Assembly (NCBI GenBank): GCA_903847405.1
Contig: CAINDP010000142.1
Location: 389-64,388 of the forward strand
Direction of reading: 5' to 3'
Length of the DNA stretch: 64,000 nt
From: an uncultured Myxococcales bacterium
Lineage (GTDB): Bacteria; Myxococcota_A; UBA9042; DTJE01
Shown here in pieces: positions 20,380 through 30,547 of this stretch (the stretch's first letter is position 1; each line of letters begins with the position of its first letter). The position numbers and the translations under genes are program-made. The notes under the pieces were generated by a model. The model ran no database searches and had not been told where the DNA came from. It saw nothing but the letters and a program-made list of their open reading frames with translations.

Positions 20380-22206
20380 CTATGCGCCGAAGCGGCGTCC
20401 GGGCTCGAACCACCCGGCGACGCGCGTCACCCGGCTGCGGCCGTCATCGCCCGCAGCGAGGTCCACCACGGAATCGATCAACTCGGCCACCAGGACCCGC
20501 GCCCCTGCGTCATCCAGGGTCGGAATGGCCAGGTGGAACGCCGCGGTCACACGGTCGGGCAGCAGTTCGGCCGAGCAGGCGACCGACAGGATCAGGCCGG
20601 GGCGGGCGCCCGTGGCCAGCCGTGCCAGCAACGGCAGGTCGTCGGCCTCGATGTCGCCGACGGCCACGACGTCCGGGTGCAATGCCAGCACGGTGCCGAC
20701 GGCCAGGGAACCCATGGCGACCGCGGCCGCACGATCCAGGATGATCGCGCCCTCGCGACGGGGCGACAGGTCCCGCGGTCCGTCCAGGACGACCACGCGG
20801 TCGCCCTCGGGCAGGGATCGCAGCAGGGCGTTCACGACGGCGGCACGCCGCTCGCGACTGCCGCCGCAGACCGCGATCCCGCGCCGGGCGCGGAGGGCGT
20901 CCTTCAGACGCTCGACCAGGTGCTCCTCGATCACGCCGGCGTGCGCCATGTCGTCCAGACTGAGGGTGGTCGCATGCGGACGCTCCAGGACGACCAGGCG
21001 GCCCTCGGCAGACAGCGGCGGGTTCACGATCCGGAGCATCGTCCCGTCGGGAAGGCGCCCGGCGACCTGGGGCTGGTTCAACGCCGTGCGGGGCAGGCCC
21101 GCAAGGTCCAGCAGGCGGCCCAGGATCCGGGCCTGCGTCATCTCGGACGAGAAGGTCTTGGAAACCTGGACCGGACGGCCCCCGCGGCCCACCCAGACCC
21201 GATCCAGCCCGTCGACCAGGATCGTCCGGACCTGCTCGTCGGCCAGCAGCTCCTCGAAGGGCCCGAGGCCCGTGAATTCGTACAGGACGTCCTGGGTCAG
21301 CAGGAACGGATCCACGTCGGCGGGGATGCGATCCTCACGGCGGAGGCTGTCGACCAGCCGCATGACACCGTCGGACATCCGCTGCCACTGATCGTCCGAA
21401 AATTCCGTCGAGGCCGGATCGATGCTGGCGAAGACGGTCGTCCCGGCCGCTTCGGCCACGACGTGCAGGGCCTCGGCCCAGCGTCCCAGGGCACCGCGTT
21501 CCGCACCGGCGCCGGCAACGCGCCGGGCCAGGCCCGACATCTGGCTGCGCCCCGCGTGGGACGGCTCGAAGGCTGCGTGAACCGCGGCGGCCTGGGCCTG
21601 GAGGTGATCGGACACGTCGGTCACCGGAGCCACGCGCGACGACACTTCGACCTCCACCGACTCGGGACGCTCCTCGGTCACGAACGGTTCAGCCGCGGAC
21701 GCGGCGATCGGAGGCGGCAGGCTGGGGGCGACCTCGAAATCGAACTCCAGCGGGACTTCGGACTCGACGCTGGCCTCCACCGGAATGGGGGGCATGACCG
21801 AATCCGCAGCCTCGGGCGAAAAGGCGGACATCGAAACCGTCGGGTGATGGGCGACCTCGGGAGCGCCGGCCAGGGGAAGCGCCGGGACGGGCGTGGGCTC
21901 GATGTCGGCCGTGGCCGCGACGTCCGAACACCGCAGGGTGAAGTCGCCGATGTAGACCCGGTCCTCGGGGCTCAGCACCCGGGGGCCCGAGATGCGGCGC
22001 CCGTTCACGTACGTCCCGTTCGTGCTCTTCTGGTCGGTGAGGGTGACTGCCCCCCCCTCGATCGTCACCGTCGCGTGCCGTTTGGACACGTTCGGTTTCG
22101 GCAGGACGATGGAGTTGCCCTGCACCCGACCGATCGACACTTCGGCCACATCGAAGAACTGTTCGCGCTCGGCCCCCCCTTTCTCGGCGACCGTGACTCT
22201 CAGCAT
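20380..22206 (-). CDS. FHA domain fused to a CpaF/TadA-like secretion-ATPase fold with degenerate catalytic motifs (predicted pseudo-ATPase)
   Basis: N-terminal FHA (SIGRVQGNSIVLPKPNVSKRHATV...TNGTYVNGRRI). The C-terminal ~330 aa align motif-for-motif with CpaF/GspE-type ATPases (GPFEELLADEQVRTILVDG; RLPDGTMLRIVNPPL). Walker A is CGGSRERRA instead of GxxGxGKT, Walker B is VVVLDGPRD, and the His box is lost. Confidence 0.7.
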   Translation of the reverse strand: MLRVTVAEKGGAEREQFFDVAEVSIGRVQGNSIVLPKPNVSKRHATVTIEGGAVTLTDQKSTNGTYVNGRRISGPRVLSPEDRVYIGDFTLRCSDVAATADIEPTPVPALPLAGAPEVAHHPTVSMSAFSPEAADSVMPPIPVEASVESEVPLEFDFEVAPSLPPPIAASAAEPFVTEERPESVEVEVSSRVAPVTDVSDHLQAQAAAVHAAFEPSHAGRSQMSGLARRVAGAGAERGALGRWAEALHVVAEAAGTTVFASIDPASTEFSDDQWQRMSDGVMRLVDSLRREDRIPADVDPFLLTQDVLYEFTGLGPFEELLADEQVRTILVDGLDRVWVGRGGRPVQVSKTFSSEMTQARILGRLLDLAGLPRTALNQPQVAGRLPDGTMLRIVNPPLSAEGRLVVLERPHATTLSLDDMAHAGVIEEHLVERLKDALRARRGIAVCGGSRERRAAVVNALLRSLPEGDRVVVLDGPRDLSPRREGAIILDRAAAVAMGSLAVGTVLALHPDVVAVGDIEADDLPLLARLATGARPGLILSVACSAELLPDRVTAAFHLAIPTLDDAGARVLVAELIDSVVDLAAGDDGRSRVTRVAGWFEPGRRFGA

Positions 22207-22352
22207 CTTCAACCCCCCGGAATGTCGACGCGCCATTTTTTCAGAGCCACTGCGGGATGTCAATTTCAAGGCCGTGCGCCGGCGCGTTCTCCCCGCACTG
22301 TTGCCCGCCGCCCGGGGGAACGGTACGATTGTGCCGATTCGAGGTCGATTTC

Positions 22353-23432
22353 ATGCCGGCTCGTTCCTGGTCACGATGGGCACTGGTGGTTGCGGCGCCC
22401 CTCCTGGGCGCAGTCGCCTGCGCCCCGCGGGTCCAGGAACTCCGCATGGACGCCATGGAATTCACCACCTCCCGCACGGCCGACGGCGTGGTCGTCGACT
22501 TCCTGGATCCGGACGTCCTCTTCCGGGAGGGCGTCCAGGCCTGGGAGGACAAGCACTGGGAGGACGCGGTCCGCAAGTTCGGCCTGATCCTCGGCAGGTT
22601 CGCCGACTCCCGCTTCGCCAGGCCCGCCCTGTACAACCGCGGTCTGGCGCTCCTGTCGGCGCCCCGCCCCGCCGAGGCGGCCCGGGACTTCGACGAGTAC
22701 CTGCGACGCTATCCCGACGATCCGGAACTGGCGGACGCCCTGTTGAAGGCGGGCGAGGCCTGGCAGGAGTGCGGCGAGTGGGCGAAGGCCGAGGAGGTCC
22801 TGAACCGTCGCCTCACCCTGGAACCCCTGACACTCCTGCAGGAAATGGAGGCCCGGGCACGCCTGGCCCGGGCGCTGCGGATGCAGGGCCGCTACGAGGA
22901 ATCCCGCGAGCAGGTCACCCGCGTCCAGGCCCTGGCCGATCGGAACGCCACGCGGCCCGAGATCCAGGGGAACTACTTCGCCGCGATGGCGACCTTCGAG
23001 GGCGCCGAGGCGTGGCACGACCTGTTTTCGCGCGTCAAGTTCACCCTGCCCACGGACCGCATGGAAAAGGACCTGACGGACAAGGCCACGCTGTTCCTCA
23101 AGGCCCAGGGCGAGTACCTGCGGACGCTGAGGATGCGCAACGTCTTCTGGGGCGTCCAGGCCGGGACCCGCATGGGCCGCATGTACGAGGAGTTCTACGA
23201 CGACATCATGAACGCCGAGGTGCCGCCCGAGTTCTCCCAGGAGGACCTGAAGGTCTACATGGGCGAACTGCGCCGCAAGGCCCGTCCCCTGGTCGCGAAG
23301 GCCGTGGCCGCCTACGAGCGCAACCTGTCGCTGGCCAAGATGTACGGCGCCCGGGACGAGTGGCTGGGCGACATGGCGAACCGCCTGTCCCGCCTGCGCC
23401 AGATCCTCGCAGAATCACCCGCCGACGAGTGA
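22353..23432 (+). CDS. TPR-repeat lipoprotein
   Basis: Signal peptide with lipobox (LLGAVAC). Multiple TPR-like helical hairpins (W/Y-rich, AxxxFxxxL patterns). ATG with GAGG 8 nt upstream. Confidence 0.7.
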   Translation: MPARSWSRWALVVAAPLLGAVACAPRVQELRMDAMEFTTSRTADGVVVDFLDPDVLFREGVQAWEDKHWEDAVRKFGLILGRFADSRFARPALYNRGLALLSAPRPAEAARDFDEYLRRYPDDPELADALLKAGEAWQECGEWAKAEEVLNRRLTLEPLTLLQEMEARARLARALRMQGRYEESREQVTRVQALADRNATRPEIQGNYFAAMATFEGAEAWHDLFSRVKFTLPTDRMEKDLTDKATLFLKAQGEYLRTLRMRNVFWGVQAGTRMGRMYEEFYDDIMNAEVPPEFSQEDLKVYMGELRRKARPLVAKAVAAYERNLSLAKMYGARDEWLGDMANRLSRLRQILAESPADE

Positions 23433-23445
23433 CGAACTACCGGAT

Positions 23446-24277
23446 CTAGAGGACGATCACGGGCCCCGGTTCCAACGCCGGCGCGGTCTGCAGCGGCACG
23501 CGCTGCCCGACCGGGCCCGACTCCGCCTGGACGGTTGCGGTTGCCAGTTCGGGCCGGTTGTGGTCCCGGGACAGGTGCGCCAGCAGCACCGTCCGGGGCA
23601 GCACGCGGGATGCGTCGGCCACCTCACCCAGGAAGCGGCCGCTCTGGACGTTCGACAGGTGCCCCCCGGTCCGACGCGACCCGCACCCGGTCCGCGTAAT
23701 GCCTGGGACTGTGACGCAGCATTTCCTCGTCGTAGTTCGCCTCCAGGACGACGGCGTCGGCGTCCACGAACCAGGGCAGCAGTTCGGGCCGGGCGCAACC
23801 GAGGTCGGTCGCCACCACCAGCGTGCGCCGATCCCCCCCCCGCCCGGCGCGCAGCACGTAGCCGAAGGTGGGCACGTCGTGCGGCAGGTCGAAGGGCGTG
23901 ACCTCGATGTCCTCGACCAGGTAGGTCGCTCCCGCCCGGACCTCCTGCAGCAGGCCCGCCGGCACCTCGGAACCCGCCTTCGCCTTGTGCAGTTTGCTGG
24001 CAAGCAGCAACGCCGAGCGGCCGGCCAGGACGGGAACGCGTCCCTCGACGCACCAGCGCAGGCCCCACCACCCCAGGTGGTCCGAATGCTCGTGGGTGAT
24101 CAGGGCGGCCTTGACGGTCCCCGGGCCGACACCGGCGTCGGCCAGGCGCTGCAGCAGCGTCCGCCGCACCGGGATGCCCAGGTCCAGCACGATCGTCGCG
24201 CGGCGGGATGTCACCAGCGCCAGGTTTCCCGAGGACCCGCTGACCAGCGACTGGTACGTCAGGACCGCCTCGTTCAC
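23446..24277 (-). pseudogene. MBL-fold metallo-hydrolase (YycJ/WalJ-like), interrupted by a +1 frameshift in a C6/G6 homopolymer (~23663-23668)
   Basis: Two overlapping track ORFs (23624..24643 and 23446..24003) together encode one MBL protein (…ALITHEHSDHLG…EANYDEEML…ASDRG | HLSNVQSG…LLAHLSRDHN). Removing one G from the GGGGGG run joins them as ...SDRGHLSN..., matching the YycJ GHxSN motif. Confidence 0.6.
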
Positions 24278-24305
24278 GGAGTGCTCTCCAGGGTGATGAA
24301 CGATT

Positions 24306-25079
24306 CTACTCCGGCGCCGGGGACTCGCCCGATCGGGGCCCGCAAGCCTTCGGAAGGTCCAGCCTCGTCGCCGGAAGCACCGGTGCCGTCGCCCGGCGTT
24401 CCAGGCGCCACAGGGGCGTCGCATCCTCCACCCGGTAGGGCCCGATCGCAGTGCGCCGCAGGGCCACGAGGTGCCCGCAGCACCCCAGCACCCGCCCCAG
24501 GTCCCGGGCCAGGGATCGCATGTACGCGCCCTTCCCGCACGAAACCCGCAGCACCGCGTCCGGGGGCAGCCACTCCACCAGGTCGGCACTGCGGATGCTG
24601 ACGGTCCGCGCAGGCTTGACCACCGGTTCCCCGCGCCGGGCATACCAGTACAGCGGGCGTCCGTGGTGCTTCAGGGCCGAGTAGGCCGGCGCCTCCTGCT
24701 GGATGTCTCCCACGAAGTCGGCCAGGGCCGTGCGGATCACGGCCTCGTCGGGCAGCGGCGAAGGGCCGCGGGCCACCACCGCACCGGTCAGATCGCAGGT
24801 GTCCGTTTCGGATCCGAAGCGCACCGTCAGCAGGTATTCCTTGTCGCCGGCCAGCAGCGCGTCGGCCTCCCGCGTGAACTCCCGGCCCACCAGGACCGGC
24901 AGGAGCCCCGTCGCGAACGGATCCAGCGTGCCGCCATGGCCCGTCCGCCGGATGCCCGTCACCCGGCGCAGCACTTCCACGACGCCCGCCGACGTGATGC
25001 CGACGGGCTTGTCCACCAGGACGATGCCGGGACCGAGGTGGGTGTCCCGCCCCGACGCGCCTTCGATCTCGTCATTCAT
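24306..25079 (-). CDS. truB: tRNA pseudouridine(55) synthase TruB (short form lacking the PUA domain)
   Basis: 257 aa, VDKPVGITS...GTLDPFATGLLPVLVG... TruB catalytic motifs. Last gene of the nusA-infB operon. Confidence 0.9.
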   Translation of the reverse strand: MNDEIEGASGRDTHLGPGIVLVDKPVGITSAGVVEVLRRVTGIRRTGHGGTLDPFATGLLPVLVGREFTREADALLAGDKEYLLTVRFGSETDTCDLTGAVVARGPSPLPDEAVIRTALADFVGDIQQEAPAYSALKHHGRPLYWYARRGEPVVKPARTVSIRSADLVEWLPPDAVLRVSCGKGAYMRSLARDLGRVLGCCGHLVALRRTAIGPYRVEDATPLWRLERRATAPVLPATRLDLPKACGPRSGESPAPE

Positions 25080-25117
25080 CCTGCGGTTCTCCGGGGAGGT
25101 GGGGCGTCGGGCCGTTC

Positions 25118-25681
25118 CTACTCGCGGCGCGGCTTGCGGTCGCCCGCTCTCGCGCTCCGCGGCATCGGCGGGTACCTTCGCGGCGTCTGGACCTTCGCGT
25201 CGTCGGGCTCCGCGGCGCCCTCGGCCTCCTCGGGTTCGACAGCGTCCTCGGGCTTCGCGGCGTCCTCGGGCACCACGACGTCCGCGACCTCCTCGACGAC
25301 CGCGATCTTCTTCGAGGCCACGGCTTCCTTGGGCGGCTTCGGGATGTGGAACAGCAGCTCCTCCACGCGCGCGGCCTGGTCGGGCACGTCGTCGTAGTAG
25401 AACTCCAGTTTCGGCATCCGCAGCATCGACACCCGCTGCGCCAGTTCCCGGCGCAGGAACGCCGAGCTCTTCTGCAGGCCCGCCAGCAGCTCGGCCTTCC
25501 CCTGCGCGTCGCCCTGGATGGACCGGACGTAGACGCGGCACAGCGACATGTCGGCAGTGACCTTCACGCCGGTCACCACCCCCATGCGCACCCGCGGGTC
25601 CTCGATCTCGCTGAGGATCAGCATCGCGAGGGCCCCGCGAATCTCGCTGGCAATCCGGTCGGTGCGCTTGAACGGCTTCAT
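25118..25681 (-). CDS. rbfA: ribosome-binding factor A with acidic C-terminal extension
   Basis: MKPFKRTDRIASEIRG... RbfA KH-like fold. GAGGGAG RBS. ~70-aa Glu/Asp/Pro-rich tail. Confidence 0.85.
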   Translation of the reverse strand: MKPFKRTDRIASEIRGALAMLILSEIEDPRVRMGVVTGVKVTADMSLCRVYVRSIQGDAQGKAELLAGLQKSSAFLRRELAQRVSMLRMPKLEFYYDDVPDQAARVEELLFHIPKPPKEAVASKKIAVVEEVADVVVPEDAAKPEDAVEPEEAEGAAEPDDAKVQTPRRYPPMPRSARAGDRKPRRE

Positions 25682-25694
25682 GGCTCCCTCGCGG

Positions 25695-25985
25695 TCACAG
25701 GAGGTGCAGGATCTCGATCGCATGATCGTCGATTTCGGCCAGGTACAGTTCGTCCACGAACGCGATCACCTTGTCGATCACCGAGTTCACGAACCGGTGG
25801 TCGTTGCCCACCACGCAGAATCCCAGGACCGCACTTTCCTGGCTGTCCTGGTCCTCGACCTCGGCCATCGCGATGTTGAACTGCTGACGGGTGCGCGCGA
25901 TGACGCGCTTGACCACGCTGCGCTTCCCTTTCAGGTCGGCGTTTTCCGGGATGGAGAGCGTCAGGCGGCAGACACCGACGACCAT
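25695..25985 (-). CDS. ylxP: DUF503 family protein (YlxP-like)
   Basis: 96-aa ORF between infB and rbfA (MVVGVCRLTLSIPENADLKGKRSVVKRV...), the conserved position and size of DUF503/YlxP. Confidence 0.75.
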   Translation of the reverse strand: MVVGVCRLTLSIPENADLKGKRSVVKRVIARTRQQFNIAMAEVEDQDSQESAVLGFCVVGNDHRFVNSVIDKVIAFVDELYLAEIDDHAIEILHLL

Positions 25986-26014
25986 GGCGGACCTCTGGGC
26001 GTTCCGGGACCCTG

Positions 26015-28564
26015 TCAACCGCTGGTCACACCCGTCCCGCGAACCGTCTCGTACTCGTAGAATTCGATGACGTCGCCGGCCTCGATGCCTTCCCAGCCGT
26101 CGATGCCGATGCCGCACTCCATGCCCTGCTTGACCTCGCGGACGTCGTCCTTGAAGCGCTTCAGACTGGACAGCTTGCCGGTGAACAGGGTGTCCTTGCC
26201 GCGGACCACGCGCGCCTCGAGGGTGCGCAGGATGTGGCCCATGGTGCACAGCGAACCGCCGATCTTGCCGACCTTCGACACGCTGAACACCTGCCGCACT
26301 TCCGCCTTGCCGACCAGCTTGGCGACCAGCTTGGGCGTCAGCAGGCCTTCCATGGCCAGTTTCAGGTCGTCGATGACGTCGTAGATGACCGAGTACCGAC
26401 GGATGTCGATCTTCTCCTGCTCGGCCAGGTGCTGCGCCTTCGGATCCACGCTGACGTTGAACCCGACGACGACCGCGTTGGAGGCGATCGCGAGGTTCAC
26501 GTCGCTTTCGGCCACGGCGCCGACCGCGCTGTGGACGACGCGCAGGGAAATCTCGGGATGCCGCAGCTTGGTCACGCTGTCCACCAGCGGGCCCAGGGAG
26601 CCCTGCACGTCGGCGCGCAGGATGACCTTCAGTTCCTTCATCTCGCCGGACTGGACCATGCTCAGGAAGTTTTCCAGCGAAACGCGGTTCGCGGAACCCG
26701 CCAGGCTGGCCCGCTTCATCTGCGCCATCTGGAACTCGGCGACCTCGCGGGCCTTCTTCTCGTCGGCCAGCGCCACGAAGGCGTCGCCGGCGTTCGGGAC
26801 CATGTTCAGGCCCGCGATGCGCACCGGGGTCGCCGGGGTGGCGACCGTGACCGGCTTGCCCTTGTCGTCCGTCATCACGCGGATGCGGCCGTGGGCCAGG
26901 CCCGCGACGATCGCATCGCCGATCTTCAGCGTACCGCCGGACACCAGCACCGTGGCCACCGGGCCCAGGCGGGAGTCCAGCCGCGACTCCAGCACGACGC
27001 CTCGGCCGGCCTTCTCCGCGTTCGCCGTCAGTTCCAGCACCTGCGCCTGCAGCAGGACCATTTCCAGCAGGTTGTCGATGCCCAGGTTCTGCTTGGCGGA
27101 AATCTCGCAGAAGATGTTCGGGCCGCCCCATTCCTCGGGAACCAGGCCCTCGTCGCCCAGTTCGCGGCGAACGCGGTCGATGTTCGCGTCGGCCTTGTCG
27201 ATCTTGTTGATGGCCACGATGATCGGCGCCCCGCCGTCCCGGGCATGGGCGATGGCTTCCTTCGTCTGCGCCATCACGCCGTCGTCGGCCGCGACCACCA
27301 GGATGACGATGTCGGTCACCGAGGCGCCGCGGGCGCGCATCTGGGTGAAGGCCTCGTGGCCGGGGGTGTCGATGAAGGTGATCAGTTCGCCGCCCGCGGT
27401 CTTCACCTGGTAGGCGCCGATGTGCTGCGTGATGCCGCCGGCTTCCATCTCGGCGACGTTCGCCGACCGGATCCGGTCCAGCAGCGTCGTCTTGCCGTGG
27501 TCGACGTGGCCCATGATCGTGACGACCGGCGGGCGCGGCAGCAGTTCCAGTTCGCTGTCCGGCTGCTCCTTCAGGACCACGGCCGGGTCGAAGCCGACCT
27601 TCTCCAGCGTGAAGCCGTACTCGCCCGCCATCAGGGTCGCGGTGTCCAGATCCAGGGACTGGGTCATGCCCGCCATGACGCCGTTCTGCATCAACTTCTT
27701 GATCAGTTCGTTGGCCTTCAGGCCCAGGGCGTGTGCGAGATCGCCGACCGTGATGGCCTCGCCCTCGACCCGGATATGCCGCTTCTGCTCCTTCGGCAGC
27801 GTCAGGACGGTCTTCTGCGGGCGGCCGCGGCGCTGGACCGTCTTGCGACGACGGTTCGACGGCCGCTGGGCCTCCTGGCGGTCGGCCTCTTCCTCGGGAC
27901 CGGTCAGCATGTCGCGAATCTGCAGGACGTCGCTGCGGCGATCGTAGACCAGCCGCTTGACCTTGGTCTTCTTGTCGGGAGCCTCGGCCAGCGCCTTCAA
28001 GGCTTCGGCGCGGGGAGGCTGCTCGCCGGGCCGCCCGATGGGAGGCAGCGGCGGCTTCGCGACGGGCGCCGCGGCAACCGGCGCCACGGGGGGAGGCGCC
28101 ACGGGGGCGACCACCACGGGGGCCGGGGGCGCAACGGGCGTCTCGACGGGGACTTCGACGACGGGTGCGGGGGCAACCTCGACGGACACGACGGGGGCTT
28201 CCACCACCGCTGCGGCCGTTTCGATCGGCTCCGCCACGGCTTCGACGGAAGCGGGGGCGACCTCGGGGGTCGGCTCGGGCGCCGTTGCCGGCTCCTCGAC
28301 CGCCGCACCGGGCTTGCCGGCAGGCGCCGGAGCCCCGGCAGTCTCGCCGGCACGACGCCGCACGACACGGCCGCCTTCCATCTTCTTGACCTGGACCTCA
28401 CCGGCCCGGGCAGTCTCGAAAAGCTTGCGCGCCTTCTCTTCCTGCTCCTTGGTCATCTGGGCGAGATGATCCTTCACCTCGATGCCGGCCTCCCGCAGGC
28501 GTTGGACGACCTGCTTCGACTCGACACCCAGCTCCTTGGCCAGTTCGTAGACACGCTTGCTCAT
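26015..28564 (-). CDS. infB: translation initiation factor IF-2
   Basis: 849 aa. N-terminal Ala/Pro/Val-rich low-complexity region, then G-domain ([29 protein letters not shown]) and C-terminal IF-2 domains. Confidence 0.95.
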   Translation of the reverse strand: MSKRVYELAKELGVESKQVVQRLREAGIEVKDHLAQMTKEQEEKARKLFETARAGEVQVKKMEGGRVVRRRAGETAGAPAPAGKPGAAVEEPATAPEPTPEVAPASVEAVAEPIETAAAVVEAPVVSVEVAPAPVVEVPVETPVAPPAPVVVAPVAPPPVAPVAAAPVAKPPLPPIGRPGEQPPRAEALKALAEAPDKKTKVKRLVYDRRSDVLQIRDMLTGPEEEADRQEAQRPSNRRRKTVQRRGRPQKTVLTLPKEQKRHIRVEGEAITVGDLAHALGLKANELIKKLMQNGVMAGMTQSLDLDTATLMAGEYGFTLEKVGFDPAVVLKEQPDSELELLPRPPVVTIMGHVDHGKTTLLDRIRSANVAEMEAGGITQHIGAYQVKTAGGELITFIDTPGHEAFTQMRARGASVTDIVILVVAADDGVMAQTKEAIAHARDGGAPIIVAINKIDKADANIDRVRRELGDEGLVPEEWGGPNIFCEISAKQNLGIDNLLEMVLLQAQVLELTANAEKAGRGVVLESRLDSRLGPVATVLVSGGTLKIGDAIVAGLAHGRIRVMTDDKGKPVTVATPATPVRIAGLNMVPNAGDAFVALADEKKAREVAEFQMAQMKRASLAGSANRVSLENFLSMVQSGEMKELKVILRADVQGSLGPLVDSVTKLRHPEISLRVVHSAVGAVAESDVNLAIASNAVVVGFNVSVDPKAQHLAEQEKIDIRRYSVIYDVIDDLKLAMEGLLTPKLVAKLVGKAEVRQVFSVSKVGKIGGSLCTMGHILRTLEARVVRGKDTLFTGKLSSLKRFKDDVREVKQGMECGIGIDGWEGIEAGDVIEFYEYETVRGTGVTSG

Positions 28565-28573
28565 CGGCCCCCC

Positions 28574-28843
28574 TCACGTACCGGCCCCCAGGATCCGCTC
28601 GGCCCACGCCGCGCCGCTCCCGGGTGTCCTCAGAGCCCGCGGGATTGACCCGCGAGCCAGGGCACGCTTCACACATTTCGAATCCGGGCAGAGGTAAGCA
28701 CCCCTGCCCCCCCGTCGTTGGTCCCGATCCACGACGATGCCTTCGTCGGGAACCGCGGCCAGCCGCACCAGTTCGGCCTGGGGGCGTTGCCTTCCGCACC
28801 CCACGCACCGGCGCAGCGGGACGTGACGGGTCACCCCGGTCAT
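28574..28843 (-). CDS. ylxR: YlxR/RnpM family RNA-binding protein (DUF448)
   Basis: 89 aa with PLRRCVGCG...GRGAYLCP motif. Overlaps the nusA stop by 4 nt. Confidence 0.85.
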   Translation of the reverse strand: MTGVTRHVPLRRCVGCGRQRPQAELVRLAAVPDEGIVVDRDQRRGGRGAYLCPDSKCVKRALARGSIPRALRTPGSGAAWAERILGAGT

Positions 28844-30375
28844 TCCGCCGGGCTCTTCTCCGGCGTCGTCGCTTCCGGAGCGGCTTCGGTCGGTTCAGCA
28901 GGCGCTGCCTCGACGTCCCCCTCGACCGGAGCATCGACCGGAGCATCGACCGGAGCGTCGACCGGAGCCTCGGCGTCACCGGTAACCGGCGCCACCACGG
29001 GCGGAACGACGATGCCGGACGCCGCGGCGACGGCCGCAGCCTGCGCCTCGGCCTTCATCTTCTGCTTCAGTTCATAGGAAACCTGCTGGATTCCCTGGGC
29101 CATCGACAGGGAAATCCCCGGGATCGCCGCAAGCTCGGTTTCGTCCGCGTTCAGAAGGTTGTCCGGCGAGTGGTAGCCCAGCTTGAACAGGTACTCGACC
29201 GTGCTTTCGTCGAGGCCCTCGATCTTGACCAGGTCCACCTTCAGCCGCGCCTTCAGTTCCTGGATCCGGCCTTCGCCGTGGATCTCGATGTTCCAGCCCA
29301 GCAGCTTGCTGGCCAGCTTGACGTTCTGCCCGCGGCGCCCGATGGCCAGGGACAACTGGTCGTCGCCGACGATCAGCTCGATCTGGTGGTTGTTCTCGTC
29401 GATCAGCACGCGCTGGACCTGCGCCGGAGCGATCGCGCTGCAGACGTAGCGGGCCAGGTCGATCGAGTAGGGGATGATGTCGATCTTCTCGCCGCGCAGT
29501 TCCTGCACGACGGCCTGGACGCGCGACCCCTTCATGCCGACGCAAGCGCCGACCGGATCGACATCACTGTCGGTCGAGGTGACCGCCAGCTTCGTGCGCT
29601 CGCCGGGCTCCCGGGCCACGGCCTGGATCTTCACGATGCCCTCGTAGATCTCGGGCACTTCCTTCTCGAACAGCTTGACGACGAACCGCGGGTCCGTACG
29701 GGACAGGATCACCTGGTGGCCCTTCGGCTCGCGGGTGACGTCCTTCACGTAGGCCTGCACGCGGTCGCCGGCACGGTAGGACTCGCGGGGGCACTGCTCC
29801 TTGAAGGGCAGGATCGCCTCGGCCTTGCCCAGGTCGACGATGACGTTGCCCTTCTCGAAGCGGCGGGCGACGCCGGTGACCAGTTCGCCCTTCCGGTCCT
29901 TGTATTCGTTGAAGATGATGGTGCGCTCGGCTTCCTGCACCTTCTGCAGGACCACGTGCTTGGCCGTCTGGGCGGCGATGCGCCCGAACGCCTTGCGGTA
30001 CGTCTGCAACTGCAGGATGTCGCCGTACTTCAGGTCTTCCTCGCGGGCCTTTTCCTTGTCGCCCTCCAGATAGAAGATCTGGAAGCCGAGTTCGTCGCCG
30101 GGCTGGGCCTCGGGGTCCACCTTCGCGGCGTCGTCCATGTCCAGCTCGACCATCGGGTTCTGGACGTCTTCCGACACCTTCATGTACTGGAAGAGTTCCA
30201 CCTGCCCGCAATCGGCGTTGAACGCCGCCTCGAGGGTGCGCTCCTCGCCGAATACCTTCTTCGCCGCCTTCAGGATGGCTTCCTCGAGGGCTTCGATGAA
30301 GACCTCCTTCGGAATCCCCTTCTCGCGGCTGACGAGGTCGATTACCTCAGACCAGTTCGGGTTCTCGACGGACAT
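28840..30375 (-). CDS. nusA: transcription termination/antitermination factor NusA with repetitive acidic C-terminal tail
   Basis: ATG at 30375 with GGAGGAA RBS. S1, KH1/KH2 and AR domains. The tail carries PVDAPVDAPVDAPVEGD repeats, encoded by a 12-bp DNA tandem repeat at ~28920-28980. Confidence 0.95.
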   Translation of the reverse strand: MSVENPNWSEVIDLVSREKGIPKEVFIEALEEAILKAAKKVFGEERTLEAAFNADCGQVELFQYMKVSEDVQNPMVELDMDDAAKVDPEAQPGDELGFQIFYLEGDKEKAREEDLKYGDILQLQTYRKAFGRIAAQTAKHVVLQKVQEAERTIIFNEYKDRKGELVTGVARRFEKGNVIVDLGKAEAILPFKEQCPRESYRAGDRVQAYVKDVTREPKGHQVILSRTDPRFVVKLFEKEVPEIYEGIVKIQAVAREPGERTKLAVTSTDSDVDPVGACVGMKGSRVQAVVQELRGEKIDIIPYSIDLARYVCSAIAPAQVQRVLIDENNHQIELIVGDDQLSLAIGRRGQNVKLASKLLGWNIEIHGEGRIQELKARLKVDLVKIEGLDESTVEYLFKLGYHSPDNLLNADETELAAIPGISLSMAQGIQQVSYELKQKMKAEAQAAAVAAASGIVVPPVVAPVTGDAEAPVDAPVDAPVDAPVEGDVEAAPAEPTEAAPEATTPEKSPAE

Positions 30376-30534
30376 CGGTTCCTCCGTTTGCACCGTTCGC
30401 GCCCTGCTCCGGTACCTCGTCCTCCCTCCGCACAGACCAGCCTTGTCGCCTGGGGAACGAAAGGAGGGGTGCGGCCGGCAGGTGCCCAGCCCTCAGGGTC
30501 GCGTATTGGTACTCCAACTCCGCGGGAATTGCAA

Positions 30535-30547
30535 GGGGGCGACCCCC
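30535..30547 (-). terminator. possible GC-rich hairpin terminator downstream of der (GGGGG-TCG-CCCCC followed by TTGCAATT)
   Basis: Short perfect 5-bp stem with a 3-nt loop 20 nt after the der stop. Weak T-tract. Confidence 0.3.

Noticed and set aside
28920-28980. Short direct DNA repeats (12-bp units in nusA; 9-bp ATGCCNCCC units at the groEL 3' end, 46745-46800); considered as a CRISPR or VNTR
   Set aside because: They lie inside coding sequences and encode low-complexity protein tails (PVDA repeats, GGM repeats). There are no spacer-repeat architecture and no cas genes. No CRISPR array is present in the window.
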